DNA of 62,775 nt from Thermoproteota archaeon. Its GTDB lineage: Archaea; Asgardarchaeota; Jordiarchaeia; Jordiarchaeales; Freyrarchaeaceae. The notes below the pieces were generated by a model, which ran no database searches, was not told the DNA's origin, and worked only from the letters and a program-made list of their open reading frames with translations. A program made the translations under genes and the position numbers. The stretch is taken from positions 1 through 62,775 of the forward strand of contig JAPDJY010000025.1 in assembly GCA_029258835.1 (NCBI GenBank). The letters run 5' to 3'. How positions within the stretch are numbered: the stretch's first letter is position 1; each line of letters begins with the position of its first letter. Shown here one piece after another: positions 1 to 9,869 of this stretch.

Positions 1-101
1 TGAAAACATGGGAAGCAATTTTAATTTGCTTTAATCTAAGTGTTTTTTAGAGAAAGGGGAATTCCATAAGTTTTCCGTAAATGCTTGATGAGGGGTGATT
101 A

Positions 102-1205
102 ATGCGTCGTAGCGGTGTCGCTGACCTAGTTCTTCATGGTGGGAGCGCGCCTAGATGGTTGTTTAACAGGATGGTTAGGCTGGCGAGGCCGATAATTTCA
201 TTCATAGTTTTAGAGTATGGGGAGGAGGAATTTTTAAGAAGGTTGGCTGATCCGTTCTGGTTTCAGGCCTTGTCGTGCGTCTTGGGGTTTGACTGGCATA
301 GCTCCGGTACAACGACCGTGACGTGCTCCGCTATTAAGTCAGCGTTAAACCCTGATGAGCAACGTATTGCTGCGGCCGGAGGGAAAGGGGGTTTCTCGCT
401 TAAGGCTCCTGAGGAGATAGGTAGGATAGGGGCTGCTTTTAGCTTATCAGAGGACGTAGTGGAGAAGCTTACTTACTCGAGCAGGATGACTGCGAAAGTG
501 GATAACGTGGCTATCCAGGGGGGATACCAGCTTTACCATCACATGATTTTCATTTCTGAAAGTGGAAGGTGGGCTGTCGTACAGCAGGGGATGAACACGG
601 AGTTTAAATCTGCGAGAAGGTATCACTGGCTCTCTGAAAAAGTCAAGTCCTTTGTTGACGAGCCGCATACAGGGATAGTGGGAGACGTACGCCATGAAAG
701 GGTTTTAGACATGACGGCTAAGGCTAGTGAGGAGTGTAGAAAGGTATCCCTTGACCTTGTTAAAGACAACCCCTCACATCTTAGAAGCTACTTTTCTGGG
801 GGAGGGCAGAGGAGTATCCTCGAGTGGGTGCAGGGGTGGAGGGGGGAAAGAAGATTGAACATGAGGGTCAACGTTAACTGGAAAGCGTTAAGGGAGGCTT
901 ACGAGAGGCAACCTGAAAATTACGAGCAACTACTCGCCATAAGAGGTATAGGGAGGGGGACCGTGAGGGCGCTGGCGTTTATCTCGGAGCTCGTCTTCGG
1001 GGCGCCGCCAAGCTGGAAGGATCCGGTTAAATACTCCTTCGCCGTCGGAGGAAAGGACGGGGTACCGTACCCTGTTGACAGGAAGCGTATGGACGAGGCG
1101 GCAGCCTTCCTAGAGGAGGCAGTAGAGGAGGCTAAGCTTGGGGTAGAGGAGAAGGTTGAGGCTTTAAAGAGGCTTAGACGCTTCATCTGGAAGAACACTA
1201 GCTAA
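102..1205 (+). CDS. DUF763 family protein
   Basis: Motifs ADLxLHGGxAPxWL, GFDWHSSGTTT, GGKG, VQQGMN, YSFAxGGKDGVPYPVDR. Confidence 0.9.
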   Translation: MRRSGVADLVLHGGSAPRWLFNRMVRLARPIISFIVLEYGEEEFLRRLADPFWFQALSCVLGFDWHSSGTTTVTCSAIKSALNPDEQRIAAAGGKGGFSLKAPEEIGRIGAAFSLSEDVVEKLTYSSRMTAKVDNVAIQGGYQLYHHMIFISESGRWAVVQQGMNTEFKSARRYHWLSEKVKSFVDEPHTGIVGDVRHERVLDMTAKASEECRKVSLDLVKDNPSHLRSYFSGGGQRSILEWVQGWRGERRLNMRVNVNWKALREAYERQPENYEQLLAIRGIGRGTVRALAFISELVFGAPPSWKDPVKYSFAVGGKDGVPYPVDRKRMDEAAAFLEEAVEEAKLGVEEKVEALKRLRRFIWKNTS

Positions 1206-2059
1206 GATTCTAGGCGTTCTATTTCCTTGGCTACGATTTTCACGAGGAGGTTGAACTCTTCGCTTAAGTGCTCATAGTTGTTCAGCGTTTTCGATGGGAG
1301 GAGGGGGAGACGTATCACCGAGTTCTTCTCTAAGTACTGCTCCACGTCGTTGCAGTTAACCTCGTCGACGGGGGTTCCAGATTTAAGGGCATTCTGCACG
1401 CCGGCGTTAAACTTTTCAGCGTCGAAGAGAACTGCGACGCCTGGGGCTACACCTATGACCACGTCATACCTTAGTGATGGTGCAGGACACACCCTATCCT
1501 CGTGGCTTTCCACTATTACGTGACTATACCTCTCCTCTATAACCTTGTAGCAACTCTCCACGGCTTTAGGTGCAAGGTAGCTCCGTAGCTCTTTAAACTT
1601 TTCATCGCTTCCTACGCCAACCGTTCTTTCAGCGTAGTTTTTAAGCTTGCAAATGAAGTCAGGGTCAAGCGACTTAGAAGCAACCTGAGAGTTAACAGAT
1701 AGCACATTAAACATTCTCCTCTTGACGAGCGTGTAACGCTCAATTAAGACTGTTTGGAATCCTGAACCTGCAGCAGGAGACCTAAACGTCTCCAACGCGT
1801 CTACAGGGTTTGATATCTCGTAAGGCAGGTCTCTCACCATAGCGGCATTGTGAAGCCTAACGATGTCTTCGCAGAAAAGCCGCCCTTCTTCCTTACATTT
1901 GAGGTAAGTATCATAGCCATGCCATAAGTCATGTTCTGAAACAGGTTTAAAGACGCCTACATCAAACCCACGCCTGACAAGCCCCCTAGCTATTGCAGAA
2001 GAAACAGCAGTTTTCCCCACATCACCAGCTAACAGTCCAAACACGAAGATTGAAACCAT
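1202..2059 (-). CDS. Archaeal P-loop ATPase/GTPase (dethiobiotin synthetase/CobQ-like, COG4028-type)
   Basis: GLLAGDVGKT Walker A, VGVFKP, VIVES Walker B, EISNPVD. Confidence 0.7.
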   Translation of the reverse strand: MVSIFVFGLLAGDVGKTAVSSAIARGLVRRGFDVGVFKPVSEHDLWHGYDTYLKCKEEGRLFCEDIVRLHNAAMVRDLPYEISNPVDALETFRSPAAGSGFQTVLIERYTLVKRRMFNVLSVNSQVASKSLDPDFICKLKNYAERTVGVGSDEKFKELRSYLAPKAVESCYKVIEERYSHVIVESHEDRVCPAPSLRYDVVIGVAPGVAVLFDAEKFNAGVQNALKSGTPVDEVNCNDVEQYLEKNSVIRLPLLPSKTLNNYEHLSEEFNLLVKIVAKEIERLES

Positions 2060-2216
2060 AAATCCACCCGGCGGAACACGACTGTTTAACTCCTAATTTT
2101 ATGAAATAGAAGTGAGAGGTATATTTTCTTTTTCCCAGCTTGGGGGAGCAACCAAGGAGAGAGTGGACGATTAAAAGAGGGAACATGGTTTTGAGCGATA
2201 TTTCCGTCTGGTTTCC

Positions 2217-2242
2217 TATAGAAGTTTAATATAGAAGTTTAA
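2217..2242. repeat. 13-bp tandem duplication (TATAGAAGTTTAA x2) upstream of cas6
   Basis: Directly visible at 2217-2229 and 2230-2242. Confidence 0.85.
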
Positions 2243-2369
2243 TGATGCAGGACAGCAAGGTTACCGTACGTTGTAAAGGGCATGGTACGAAAGAGTCATT
2301 TATACGAGTTTCATGGTTTTCTTTTTAAGGGGAAAGTCTTCTCCTTTGTAGAAGGTACTTGGGGGTTCC

Positions 2370-3197
2370 GTGTTGCCCATTAGCCTTCACGTAAAGGTTG
2401 CCGCATTAGGTTCAGGGGGGATAAAGCGCTTTTCAGGCCATCTGGTTAGGGGAGGGCTGCTAGACTTTTTCAACAGAGTTGATCCAGAGCTTGCCAGCGA
2501 GCTTCATACGCCAAATCAGCCTAGACCTTACAGCGTTTCTCCAGCGCTCCCCGTAGGTAAAGGAAGAATTTACGGCGACCTTTTCCACGTGAGGAAAGGG
2601 GACGTGTTTGAGTTTCATCTGGGCTTTCTTATAGATGAAATTGGAGAGAAAGTGCTTGAACATCTTTCTGACTTTAAGATTAAGCTGGGAGAGGTGGGGT
2701 TTACGCCAGTCGAACTAAAGTTTAAAAGGAAAGAATATGAAGAGTTCATTAAAAGTGCAGAAATACATGATAGGTTTAGGATGGTATTTAAGACACCTAC
2801 ACAACTGTCAGTACGAAGCATGAACTATCCATTCTTATTTCCAGACCCACGCTACATCTACCCTAGCATTGCGAGGTTATGGAACACCTTTGCACCAGAA
2901 TATGTTAGAGTTGACGTCGACGAGCTTCACGGATGGGTGTCTGGCAACGTTTACGTACGTAACTACCGCCTAAACACGGTAGATGTAACAATGGGAAAAG
3001 AAAGAAAAGTTGTAGGCTTCACGGGATATGCCGACTTTTACGAGGAGAGGACGGATGGGTATGCTCCCTGGATTACGATACTCTCAGAATATGCAACGTT
3101 TTCAAACGTTGGAGCGAAAAGAACAGGTGGAATGGGAGTGGTAGAAATTAAACTCCCTAAAAGAAAGGAAGAACAAGTCGACGGCAGATCATCATAA
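2370..3197 (+). CDS. cas6: CRISPR-associated endoribonuclease Cas6 (stand-alone)
   Basis: LH..RPYSVS N-terminal motif, FKTPT, GFTG, C-terminal G-rich loop NVGAKRTGGMG. Confidence 0.9.
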   Translation: MLPISLHVKVAALGSGGIKRFSGHLVRGGLLDFFNRVDPELASELHTPNQPRPYSVSPALPVGKGRIYGDLFHVRKGDVFEFHLGFLIDEIGEKVLEHLSDFKIKLGEVGFTPVELKFKRKEYEEFIKSAEIHDRFRMVFKTPTQLSVRSMNYPFLFPDPRYIYPSIARLWNTFAPEYVRVDVDELHGWVSGNVYVRNYRLNTVDVTMGKERKVVGFTGYADFYEERTDGYAPWITILSEYATFSNVGAKRTGGMGVVEIKLPKRKEEQVDGRSS

Positions 3198-3377
3198 GCC
3201 ACCAACTCATCGGAAACCTCCAGATCAAAGTTTGCCAAAAGAATTCATTCCAAACACTACGAGATTCAGATAACTTTCCCCAATCTGCTAAAACGTGCAG
3301 CTGCCTCACTTACATATTTTTTTAACTCGTTCTAAACATGAATTTTATTTTTAAATTTTGTTCTTTCCATTCCCCTC

Positions 3378-4346
3378 TTAGTGGAGGTAGCGTGAAAGTC
3401 TGGCAATTCTTCTAAGTATGTTTGGATGTGTTGAGAAAAGCTCCACTATTCTGCTCGTGAAGCCAAGACTATTGGCCTTTTTCTCGAGTAGGAGAAGCTC
3501 GTAGGCGTCTAGTTTTCCGTCTCCGTTAACGTCTGCTTCAAGAAGAAGCTTCATTTCCTTTGATACTTTTGGCGTTGGGTCTACAGCGAAGAACGCCTTC
3601 ATCGATTTCACTGCTTTAACTTCTTTCTCGCTATTATGGAGGGTGCTCCGTGCTAGTTTGTAGAGAGCGGATGCTAATGGTTCAGGCCTCCCGATGAGAT
3701 CGACGCTTCCAGCGTCAGCGTAGTACTCTCTCACCCTGCTCACGTAGAGAACTATCAAGTTGGTTATGAAGTACATTACTAGGGCTCCAAGACCTATTAC
3801 TAGAGTGACCGCTCCCCCCTCTCTGCTTCTATATCCAGAAAATACCGTGGAAAGGAAAATGTAGTAGCATATTAACGGTATAACACTTAACGCGGTCACT
3901 ATTATCATGTCCCTGTTTTTTATGTGACTTAATTCGTGTCCTATGACAGCTTCCAGCTCATCATCGCTTAAAAGTTTAAGGAGGGGGCGGGTTACACAAA
4001 TACGAGAGTCACGCATAGTTCTTCCGAAGGCGAAAGCGTTCGGTATGTTGACATTTGAAATTCCAACTCGTGGCATTGGTATCCCCGCCTTCGCCGAAGC
4101 TTTAGCCACAATACCGTAAAGACGTGGTTCATCGCTTGAAGTGATATAATTGACGTTCATGACGAAATCGACAATTTTCGGGCCAATAATGTATTGGAAC
4201 AACATTACACCAGCAGCTATTAAGATGTAAAGCAGTGGTACGTTTACTCCAAGCAGATACATAGATACTGCTATGAGAGCATAGAAGAGAGAGAACATCA
4301 GCACTACTGCCAGAAGGACACGGAGCCGTAGACCCCACACTCTCAT
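3378..4346 (-). CDS. htpX: Zinc metalloprotease HtpX (M48)
   Basis: PNAFAFG, HELSH, SRVREYYAD, FSTHP motifs; transmembrane segments. Confidence 0.93.
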   Translation of the reverse strand: MRVWGLRLRVLLAVVLMFSLFYALIAVSMYLLGVNVPLLYILIAAGVMLFQYIIGPKIVDFVMNVNYITSSDEPRLYGIVAKASAKAGIPMPRVGISNVNIPNAFAFGRTMRDSRICVTRPLLKLLSDDELEAVIGHELSHIKNRDMIIVTALSVIPLICYYIFLSTVFSGYRSREGGAVTLVIGLGALVMYFITNLIVLYVSRVREYYADAGSVDLIGRPEPLASALYKLARSTLHNSEKEVKAVKSMKAFFAVDPTPKVSKEMKLLLEADVNGDGKLDAYELLLLEKKANSLGFTSRIVELFSTHPNILRRIARLSRYLH

Positions 4347-4374
4347 GGTAATCCCCTAAGGAAAAGATCGACTA

Positions 4375-4409
4375 TCTTCCTTTTATTAGTTTCTTCCTTT
4401 TTATTAGTT
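4375..4409. repeat. ~17-bp tandem duplication (TCTTCCTTTTATTAGTT) in the htpX promoter region
   Basis: Two adjacent copies differing by one T. Confidence 0.75.
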
Positions 4410-4839
4410 TTCAGTTAAAGGTGGGAAGGAGAAATTCATTTTAAATAACGAAAGTTTTTAATAAAAAACAGTAACAGGAAAAGATCACGTTCTAGTTTTA
4501 GTAGAAACATACACTTATGCTGACGTAAATCCTAAGTTAAAAATCTAACTTTTAAGTCTGGGCAGAGTGCTGTTACTCGTTATCCTCTTGGGTGCTTAAT
4601 GTAACTCTCAGAGTTCCTTAATTTTCGTCATAACGTTAACCGCGTGAAGAATTATACGATTGTACGTTGGGTTTCTTAATAACTCTTTTAATGTAAGATA
4701 GGAGTTTGTTCCGAGAAGTGTAGGGTTCTATAGAAAATGCTATGTTTACGTTTCTCGTTCTTAACCTCCGCAGGGCAACGCCGTTAAGCTACTTTCGAGT
4801 GAAGGCCGAATTTCGTACATAAAAGAGCAGCGCTTCCTG

Positions 4840-6390
4840 TTAAGGTAATGGAGTAACGATGTAATCTGGCGGGTATGAGACTGTAAACTTATAGTTTATT
4901 TCCAGCTGACCTCCGGGATTTAGGGTTCGCTCCCACTTAATGACTCCTACTCCAGACTTCTCGTCTGGAGACGGGTTCGAAGAGACCAGTTCAACGGAGA
5001 TTTCAGGGTCCCGAGCGACAGGTATTCTATCGTAGATAACCAGTTTAGCTTCATTTTCCAAGTGGTTCTTGACGGAGAGGAAGTAGCCGTAGGTTACATG
5101 CGCCCTACCTTTAACCACGCCCTTCTTCTCCTCCTCTCTAAGTATCATTTTACGCTCGCACTCAAGCCTTTCCTCCCAAGCTATAGGAAGCTCAAACTCT
5201 TGGTTTGGGGCGACATACGGAATGCTGGTGGTGCCTACCAGCATCCCGTTCTTAAACATCCTGCAAGTTCCAGGGCTAAGCGGAACCTCCCCATTCCTTA
5301 TTTTAACTACTTCGACGAAGTCTGAATGCTGGTAGGCGTCCCATACATAGTAGGTTTCAGCCTCAACATCGAAGCGTTTAAGAAGTATCATTGTTGGCCT
5401 CCCGGGGAAGAAAGAGCCCTTAGAGGATACTTTAAACGCGAGTGCGCCGGCTGACATAAGGTCAGCTTCCTGGAAGGCTGGTTCTAAGGCTTCCTCCATC
5501 TCTTCACCTAACGTCTCCTCAGCCATTTCCTCGGTCATAACCGCCATTTTCGGCGCTCGGGTGGGAGGGATGAAGGATGGTGCACCCGGTTTAATAGCGT
5601 TGATGAACCATGGTGCTGGCTCAGGTTTCGTAGCGGTGCGAATAATCTTGCCTGATACTGTTACGGGAACGTCTTCCCAAGACACTCCTGTAGATTGTAC
5701 TACTTGAGCGTACACGGCTATTTCAGCTTGTCCCTCCAGTAACACGTCATATACGGGAGACCAGCCAACGTTTGACGCTTCATACTGTAGTATGAAGTCA
5801 TACGTGTCTGCCCGCTCACAGATTAGATCGAGTTCGATTGCTCCTAGTTCTACGGCTTTCTTGTCGATTCCTTCAAGAAGTACTTCAATGCGCTTTATCT
5901 CGTCATTTAGAGAGGATAGCTCGCGCTCCCGCTCTATTATTTCAAAAACCTTCTTTTTCCTTATTTCCGAGATTGCTTCTAGAACTTCGTTGAGGTGTTG
6001 CTTTGAGGCTTCCCCTACAAGACCAGCGGTGACAAACGCCTCAGCTGCTTTGCTTAAAGCCTTGTCGAACGATTCAATCAGCTTTTTCGATTCTTCAATT
6101 TCGCTTTCAAGCGTTTTAACTTTCTCCTTCAACTCCCTTAACTCTCTGAGAAGGAGTTCCTTTTCGGATACAGCCTTATCTATCCCCACCACGGTTGTTT
6201 TCAAATCAGCTCCGGTTACCGTCACGCCTTTCCTAGAGAAAATCCTTATCGACCCTGGAATTATTGTTTTTTCAAGCCCTTCAACGAGGATCGTTGATGA
6301 GCCTTCCTTAAGTTCGGCTGAGAATGTGCGTCTTAAGGTGGCAAGATTTCTGAAAATTTTAACTTCTTCTATCTTGGCGAGAACACTCAT
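4840..6390 (-). CDS. DUF4140/DUF4139 (MuiA-like) protein
   Basis: N-terminal IEEVKIF..A...R, coiled coil, GWSPVYD, VQSTGVSWEDV, DRIPV, C-terminal beta domain. Confidence 0.85.
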   Translation of the reverse strand: MSVLAKIEEVKIFRNLATLRRTFSAELKEGSSTILVEGLEKTIIPGSIRIFSRKGVTVTGADLKTTVVGIDKAVSEKELLLRELRELKEKVKTLESEIEESKKLIESFDKALSKAAEAFVTAGLVGEASKQHLNEVLEAISEIRKKKVFEIIERERELSSLNDEIKRIEVLLEGIDKKAVELGAIELDLICERADTYDFILQYEASNVGWSPVYDVLLEGQAEIAVYAQVVQSTGVSWEDVPVTVSGKIIRTATKPEPAPWFINAIKPGAPSFIPPTRAPKMAVMTEEMAEETLGEEMEEALEPAFQEADLMSAGALAFKVSSKGSFFPGRPTMILLKRFDVEAETYYVWDAYQHSDFVEVVKIRNGEVPLSPGTCRMFKNGMLVGTTSIPYVAPNQEFELPIAWEERLECERKMILREEEKKGVVKGRAHVTYGYFLSVKNHLENEAKLVIYDRIPVARDPEISVELVSSNPSPDEKSGVGVIKWERTLNPGGQLEINYKFTVSYPPDYIVTPLP

Positions 6391-6437
6391 TCAAGACACT
6401 TCCATCAAACACGCTTTGCAAAGGGTAATTTAAGCTC

Positions 6438-6461
6438 GTGAAAAAGGTAACCTTCTTTCAC
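6438..6461. promoter_or_regulatory. Imperfect palindrome (possible operator) in a divergent promoter
   Basis: GTGAAAAAGGT-A-ACCTTCTTTCAC, inverted repeat with one bulge. Confidence 0.3.
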
Positions 6462-6662
6462 AAGTGATCTCAGGTAATTTTTGATGAAAGAACGATGGAT
6501 ATAAAGTTTCCTAATTTAACAGAGAAAAATGAGGGCTTCGTTAATTTTTAACTCGGTTTTAATTGTTTTCTAATAACTTTTCCAAATAACTTAAATAAAG
6601 TGGATGATGAAAGGAAGACAGGGAGGCTGTAAGGGGGGTTTCACCGTCAGAGGGTAGGAAAA

Positions 6663-8132
6663 ATGTTAGAGTTCATGGATAAAGAGAATGGAGCGTATTA
6701 TAAGTTTTACATCGTTGATGGGCATCACCATTTAGGAGCCGACGTAGACGGGCAAAGTAACCGGAACCCCGCTGCCCCCGGAGGAACGTTTGACTTTTGC
6801 TTCAAGATAACCAGCCAGCTCTTAAGAATACTTGCTGATGGGAAAGTAGACTTGAAAGCTGAGCCACATGGCTTCTTAAAAGAGATTCTCGAACAGGAAG
6901 ACAAGTGGAAGGACGTGCTTAACGGAACTTGGGCTGTAGATAAGACGGTTGTCTTCCCGTTTAACGACGAGTTCAGGTGGAGAGAAGGAGACGAGGGGAA
7001 AGCAACTTACTGGAGGTCAAATGATAACATTCACAGATGGACTGCGCGCGCCCCTTACTCCTTTAAGCTCACAGGGTATGCGCGTATAGTTCCGCATGAG
7101 GGGGACGTGGCTGTCAGGGAGCTTCACAGGGCGGTAGAGGAGCTCGGTCTCAGAGGATTAAAGCTCCATCCTAGATCTGACGGATGGGGAGGGGAGATCA
7201 ACACGGATCCTGTAGAAAGAGTTCTTGTTGAAGCTGCTAAGCTAGGTATTCCTGTGATCTTTGATACGAGAGGGTTTAACCAGGTGGTTGACATAGCGGA
7301 GGTAACCGTTAAGGCGAAGCTGAGGCTGGCAAACATCGATAAGAGGCTTGCGAAGAGGCTTAAGGTAATACTCGCCCATGTAGGGTTTCACGTGGGTCAT
7401 GATGAGCTTTTCTCCATCCTAAGTCACCCTAATATTTACGGTGAAACTTCAGGGGTTCACGACGCGGGGATAAGACGGCTTTTTGAGGAGGCCTCTGTAA
7501 GGCTAAGCGAAAACTTAGGACCATACCGTAGATGGTCGGAAAAGTTAATATTTGGGACGGATTTCCCATATTTCGACGTGCCACATGCAGTACAGTTCAT
7601 CTCCTACGTCCTTAGCGAAGATTTCCCTGGAACCTTCGAGGACGCACAGCGTATTCTGGGAGTTAACGTGCTACGCTTAATACCTCCAAAACTGGAGAGG
7701 GCACCCTTTAAACTTGAGGCGGTTCATTTTAGAAGGGAGCTGGCCCCCATGGTTAAAAGGAAAATAGCCTTAGAACTAGCTAATCTAGCATCTAATAAAA
7801 AATGTGATGTAACCTCTTTTGACCCTTTCCTCCAGCCTCCGCCGAGGGCGAACGTTAGAGAAGACTGCGTCATCTCCATTAGGAGCATGAACGGAGACGA
7901 TAAGAAAGCTTCACTCATGTTTTTCACAATACGTGGGATAGGAGTTATAGCACGGTTAGACTCTGAGTTAACCAGCCTAGACACATTATTAAGAAGAGAG
8001 TTAGCGTACGATGATTCACCATTAAGGCAAAGGTTTTACAATAAGCTCTGGCCCAGCAAGGTAGAGCGCGAACAGGCGCAAATTGAAGAGAAAATAAGGA
8101 GCATTTTGAAGCCACTCTTTGAGAAATCCTAA
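6663..8132 (+). CDS. Amidohydrolase (Amidohydro_2 TIM barrel) with an extra C-terminal domain
   Basis: IVDGHHH, GLKLHP, ILAHVG, FGTDFP motifs; ~150 aa unassigned C-terminus. Confidence 0.85.
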   Translation: MLEFMDKENGAYYKFYIVDGHHHLGADVDGQSNRNPAAPGGTFDFCFKITSQLLRILADGKVDLKAEPHGFLKEILEQEDKWKDVLNGTWAVDKTVVFPFNDEFRWREGDEGKATYWRSNDNIHRWTARAPYSFKLTGYARIVPHEGDVAVRELHRAVEELGLRGLKLHPRSDGWGGEINTDPVERVLVEAAKLGIPVIFDTRGFNQVVDIAEVTVKAKLRLANIDKRLAKRLKVILAHVGFHVGHDELFSILSHPNIYGETSGVHDAGIRRLFEEASVRLSENLGPYRRWSEKLIFGTDFPYFDVPHAVQFISYVLSEDFPGTFEDAQRILGVNVLRLIPPKLERAPFKLEAVHFRRELAPMVKRKIALELANLASNKKCDVTSFDPFLQPPPRANVREDCVISIRSMNGDDKKASLMFFTIRGIGVIARLDSELTSLDTLLRRELAYDDSPLRQRFYNKLWPSKVEREQAQIEEKIRSILKPLFEKS

Positions 8133-8271
8133 AGATGAAGAAGGAGAGAAGGAAAACATTCCATTCTCAAAAGAATTTAAGAAATTATATATGTCAGTTT
8201 TCTCTAAAATTCTTTAGTAAATTATGCTTTAAGACCTAAATGTTGCAATTGACTTTTAGGAGGACTCCTTA

Positions 8272-9738
8272 ATGCCGGATAAAGGTGCCGAGGAGCAAAA
8301 GGAGAAGGAGGTTAAGCCCCTGAAGGCTGTTAAGAAAACTGTTAAGAAAAAGAGAGCGGAGGCCGCTGAGGAGAAAGCCGTCGAGGAAAAGAAGGGGGAA
8401 GAGGAGGAAGTCATCGAGAGAATGTTTAAAGAAGCAGAGGAAGCTAAGGAGGAGAAGTCTCCTAAAAAGCAGTTTAAAGTTGTTGTTAAGGAGGGATTAT
8501 CAGGATACATATCTCTTAATGAGAAGGATGCCTCAGAGTTGCAGATTCTTGAAGGGTCAATAGTGGAGTTTGAGGACCCACTCTCGGGGGCGGGGGGTGT
8601 AGCCCTTGCCCACCTAGACAAAGATGTTTCTCCAGGAACCGCTGTCATGGAGCCTGCCCTTAGCGAGGCATGCGGCATCGATGAGGGCTTCGAGGTGAAC
8701 ATTGGCAAGTTTGAGGGAACACCACAGAAGATAACTAAGATAGTCTTTGGGGTGGAGCCGCTAGAGGGGGGAGCCGAGGAGGCTATAAGGAGGGTTCTGG
8801 ACGCTAAAGACGAATTCCAAAATTGGCTTGATGGGAGGGTTATATTCAAAGATTGGGTTTTGAAGTTTCCTAAGCTAAACGTTAACGTTTATGTCGTTTC
8901 TACGGAGCCTCCATTAACTGGAAGGCAGGTTGGAATAATAAACTTCGCTGAGATAAAAAGCTATGAAGTCAAACCTTGGAGGGCGGCTGTTCCATTCAAT
9001 GCAATCCTGTTAATAGACGTGTCAAGAAGCATGCTGACGGAGGACATGAAGGTTACGAACATAGCTCCAGCGATCGAAGCCATAAAAACGATAGGAGGGG
9101 AAATCCCTGAAATTAAGGAGTTCTTGGAGCAGTTCCGAGAGGGGAAAAACGTCAAAAGAGTTGCTGGAGCCGTGTTTGCAGCGCTACTTTACCTGGTGGA
9201 GAAGGTTGGGCGCGGTTACGGAGAGAGAGTGGCAATAATAACTTATAGTGAGACAGCTGAGCCCATAACGTTCCTCATGACAGGAGGGGTGAAGCTTCCA
9301 TACTTCCATCCTGGGAAGAGCAAGATGGCGGGGGTCTCGCAGCTTGGAAGGCTCATAATCGACAGGCTTAACAGGGTTTCCAGCAGCCACACCAATATGT
9401 CTGAGGCGCTCATGGAAGCATTAAAGCTAATAGAAACGTGGGAAAAGGAGGAGCCTGAGGGGAAAAGGCTACCTAACATGATCGTGCTGTTAAGTGACGG
9501 TTTCCCAGACATTTGGGGAGATGAAGGGCCACCCGTCCAAGTTGTTCACGACCACTTCTCAAAGAGAAGTGACGTAGTAATATATACTGTTGGAATTGGA
9601 GGGGAAGTGCAGGAAAGGATAATGGAGGCAATAGCAACTAAAGGACATGGAATTTACTATAAGGCTGAAGACTTGGGAGACCTGCTAAACTGGTATCAAA
9701 AATTAGCAAGGGACCTCGTCATCCGGCTAGAAGCTTAA
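8272..9738 (+). CDS. CDC48 N-domain-like + von Willebrand A domain protein
   Basis: E/K-rich N-tail; double-psi-barrel-like halves (ISLNEKDASELQILEGSIVEF; VMEPALSEACGIDEGFEVNI); CDC48_2-like (LDGRVI...VYVVSTEP); vWA MIDAS DVSRS, HTNM, LLSDG, IYTVGIG. Confidence 0.75.
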   Translation: MPDKGAEEQKEKEVKPLKAVKKTVKKKRAEAAEEKAVEEKKGEEEEVIERMFKEAEEAKEEKSPKKQFKVVVKEGLSGYISLNEKDASELQILEGSIVEFEDPLSGAGGVALAHLDKDVSPGTAVMEPALSEACGIDEGFEVNIGKFEGTPQKITKIVFGVEPLEGGAEEAIRRVLDAKDEFQNWLDGRVIFKDWVLKFPKLNVNVYVVSTEPPLTGRQVGIINFAEIKSYEVKPWRAAVPFNAILLIDVSRSMLTEDMKVTNIAPAIEAIKTIGGEIPEIKEFLEQFREGKNVKRVAGAVFAALLYLVEKVGRGYGERVAIITYSETAEPITFLMTGGVKLPYFHPGKSKMAGVSQLGRLIIDRLNRVSSSHTNMSEALMEALKLIETWEKEEPEGKRLPNMIVLLSDGFPDIWGDEGPPVQVVHDHFSKRSDVVIYTVGIGGEVQERIMEAIATKGHGIYYKAEDLGDLLNWYQKLARDLVIRLEA

Positions 9739-9869
9739 CTGTCAGGCTTCAACCCCACATTTCCCATTCAGGGGATAATGGCTAATGTTATTGTAACGTG
9801 TAAATGGAGGCTAAAAGTCCCAGAGGCATTTTTTGAAGGCTGGAAACCCCACCACTCTTTCCATGATTT

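Noticed and set aside
2060-4840. CRISPR array near cas6
   Set aside because: No repeat-spacer periodicity; only short tandem duplications
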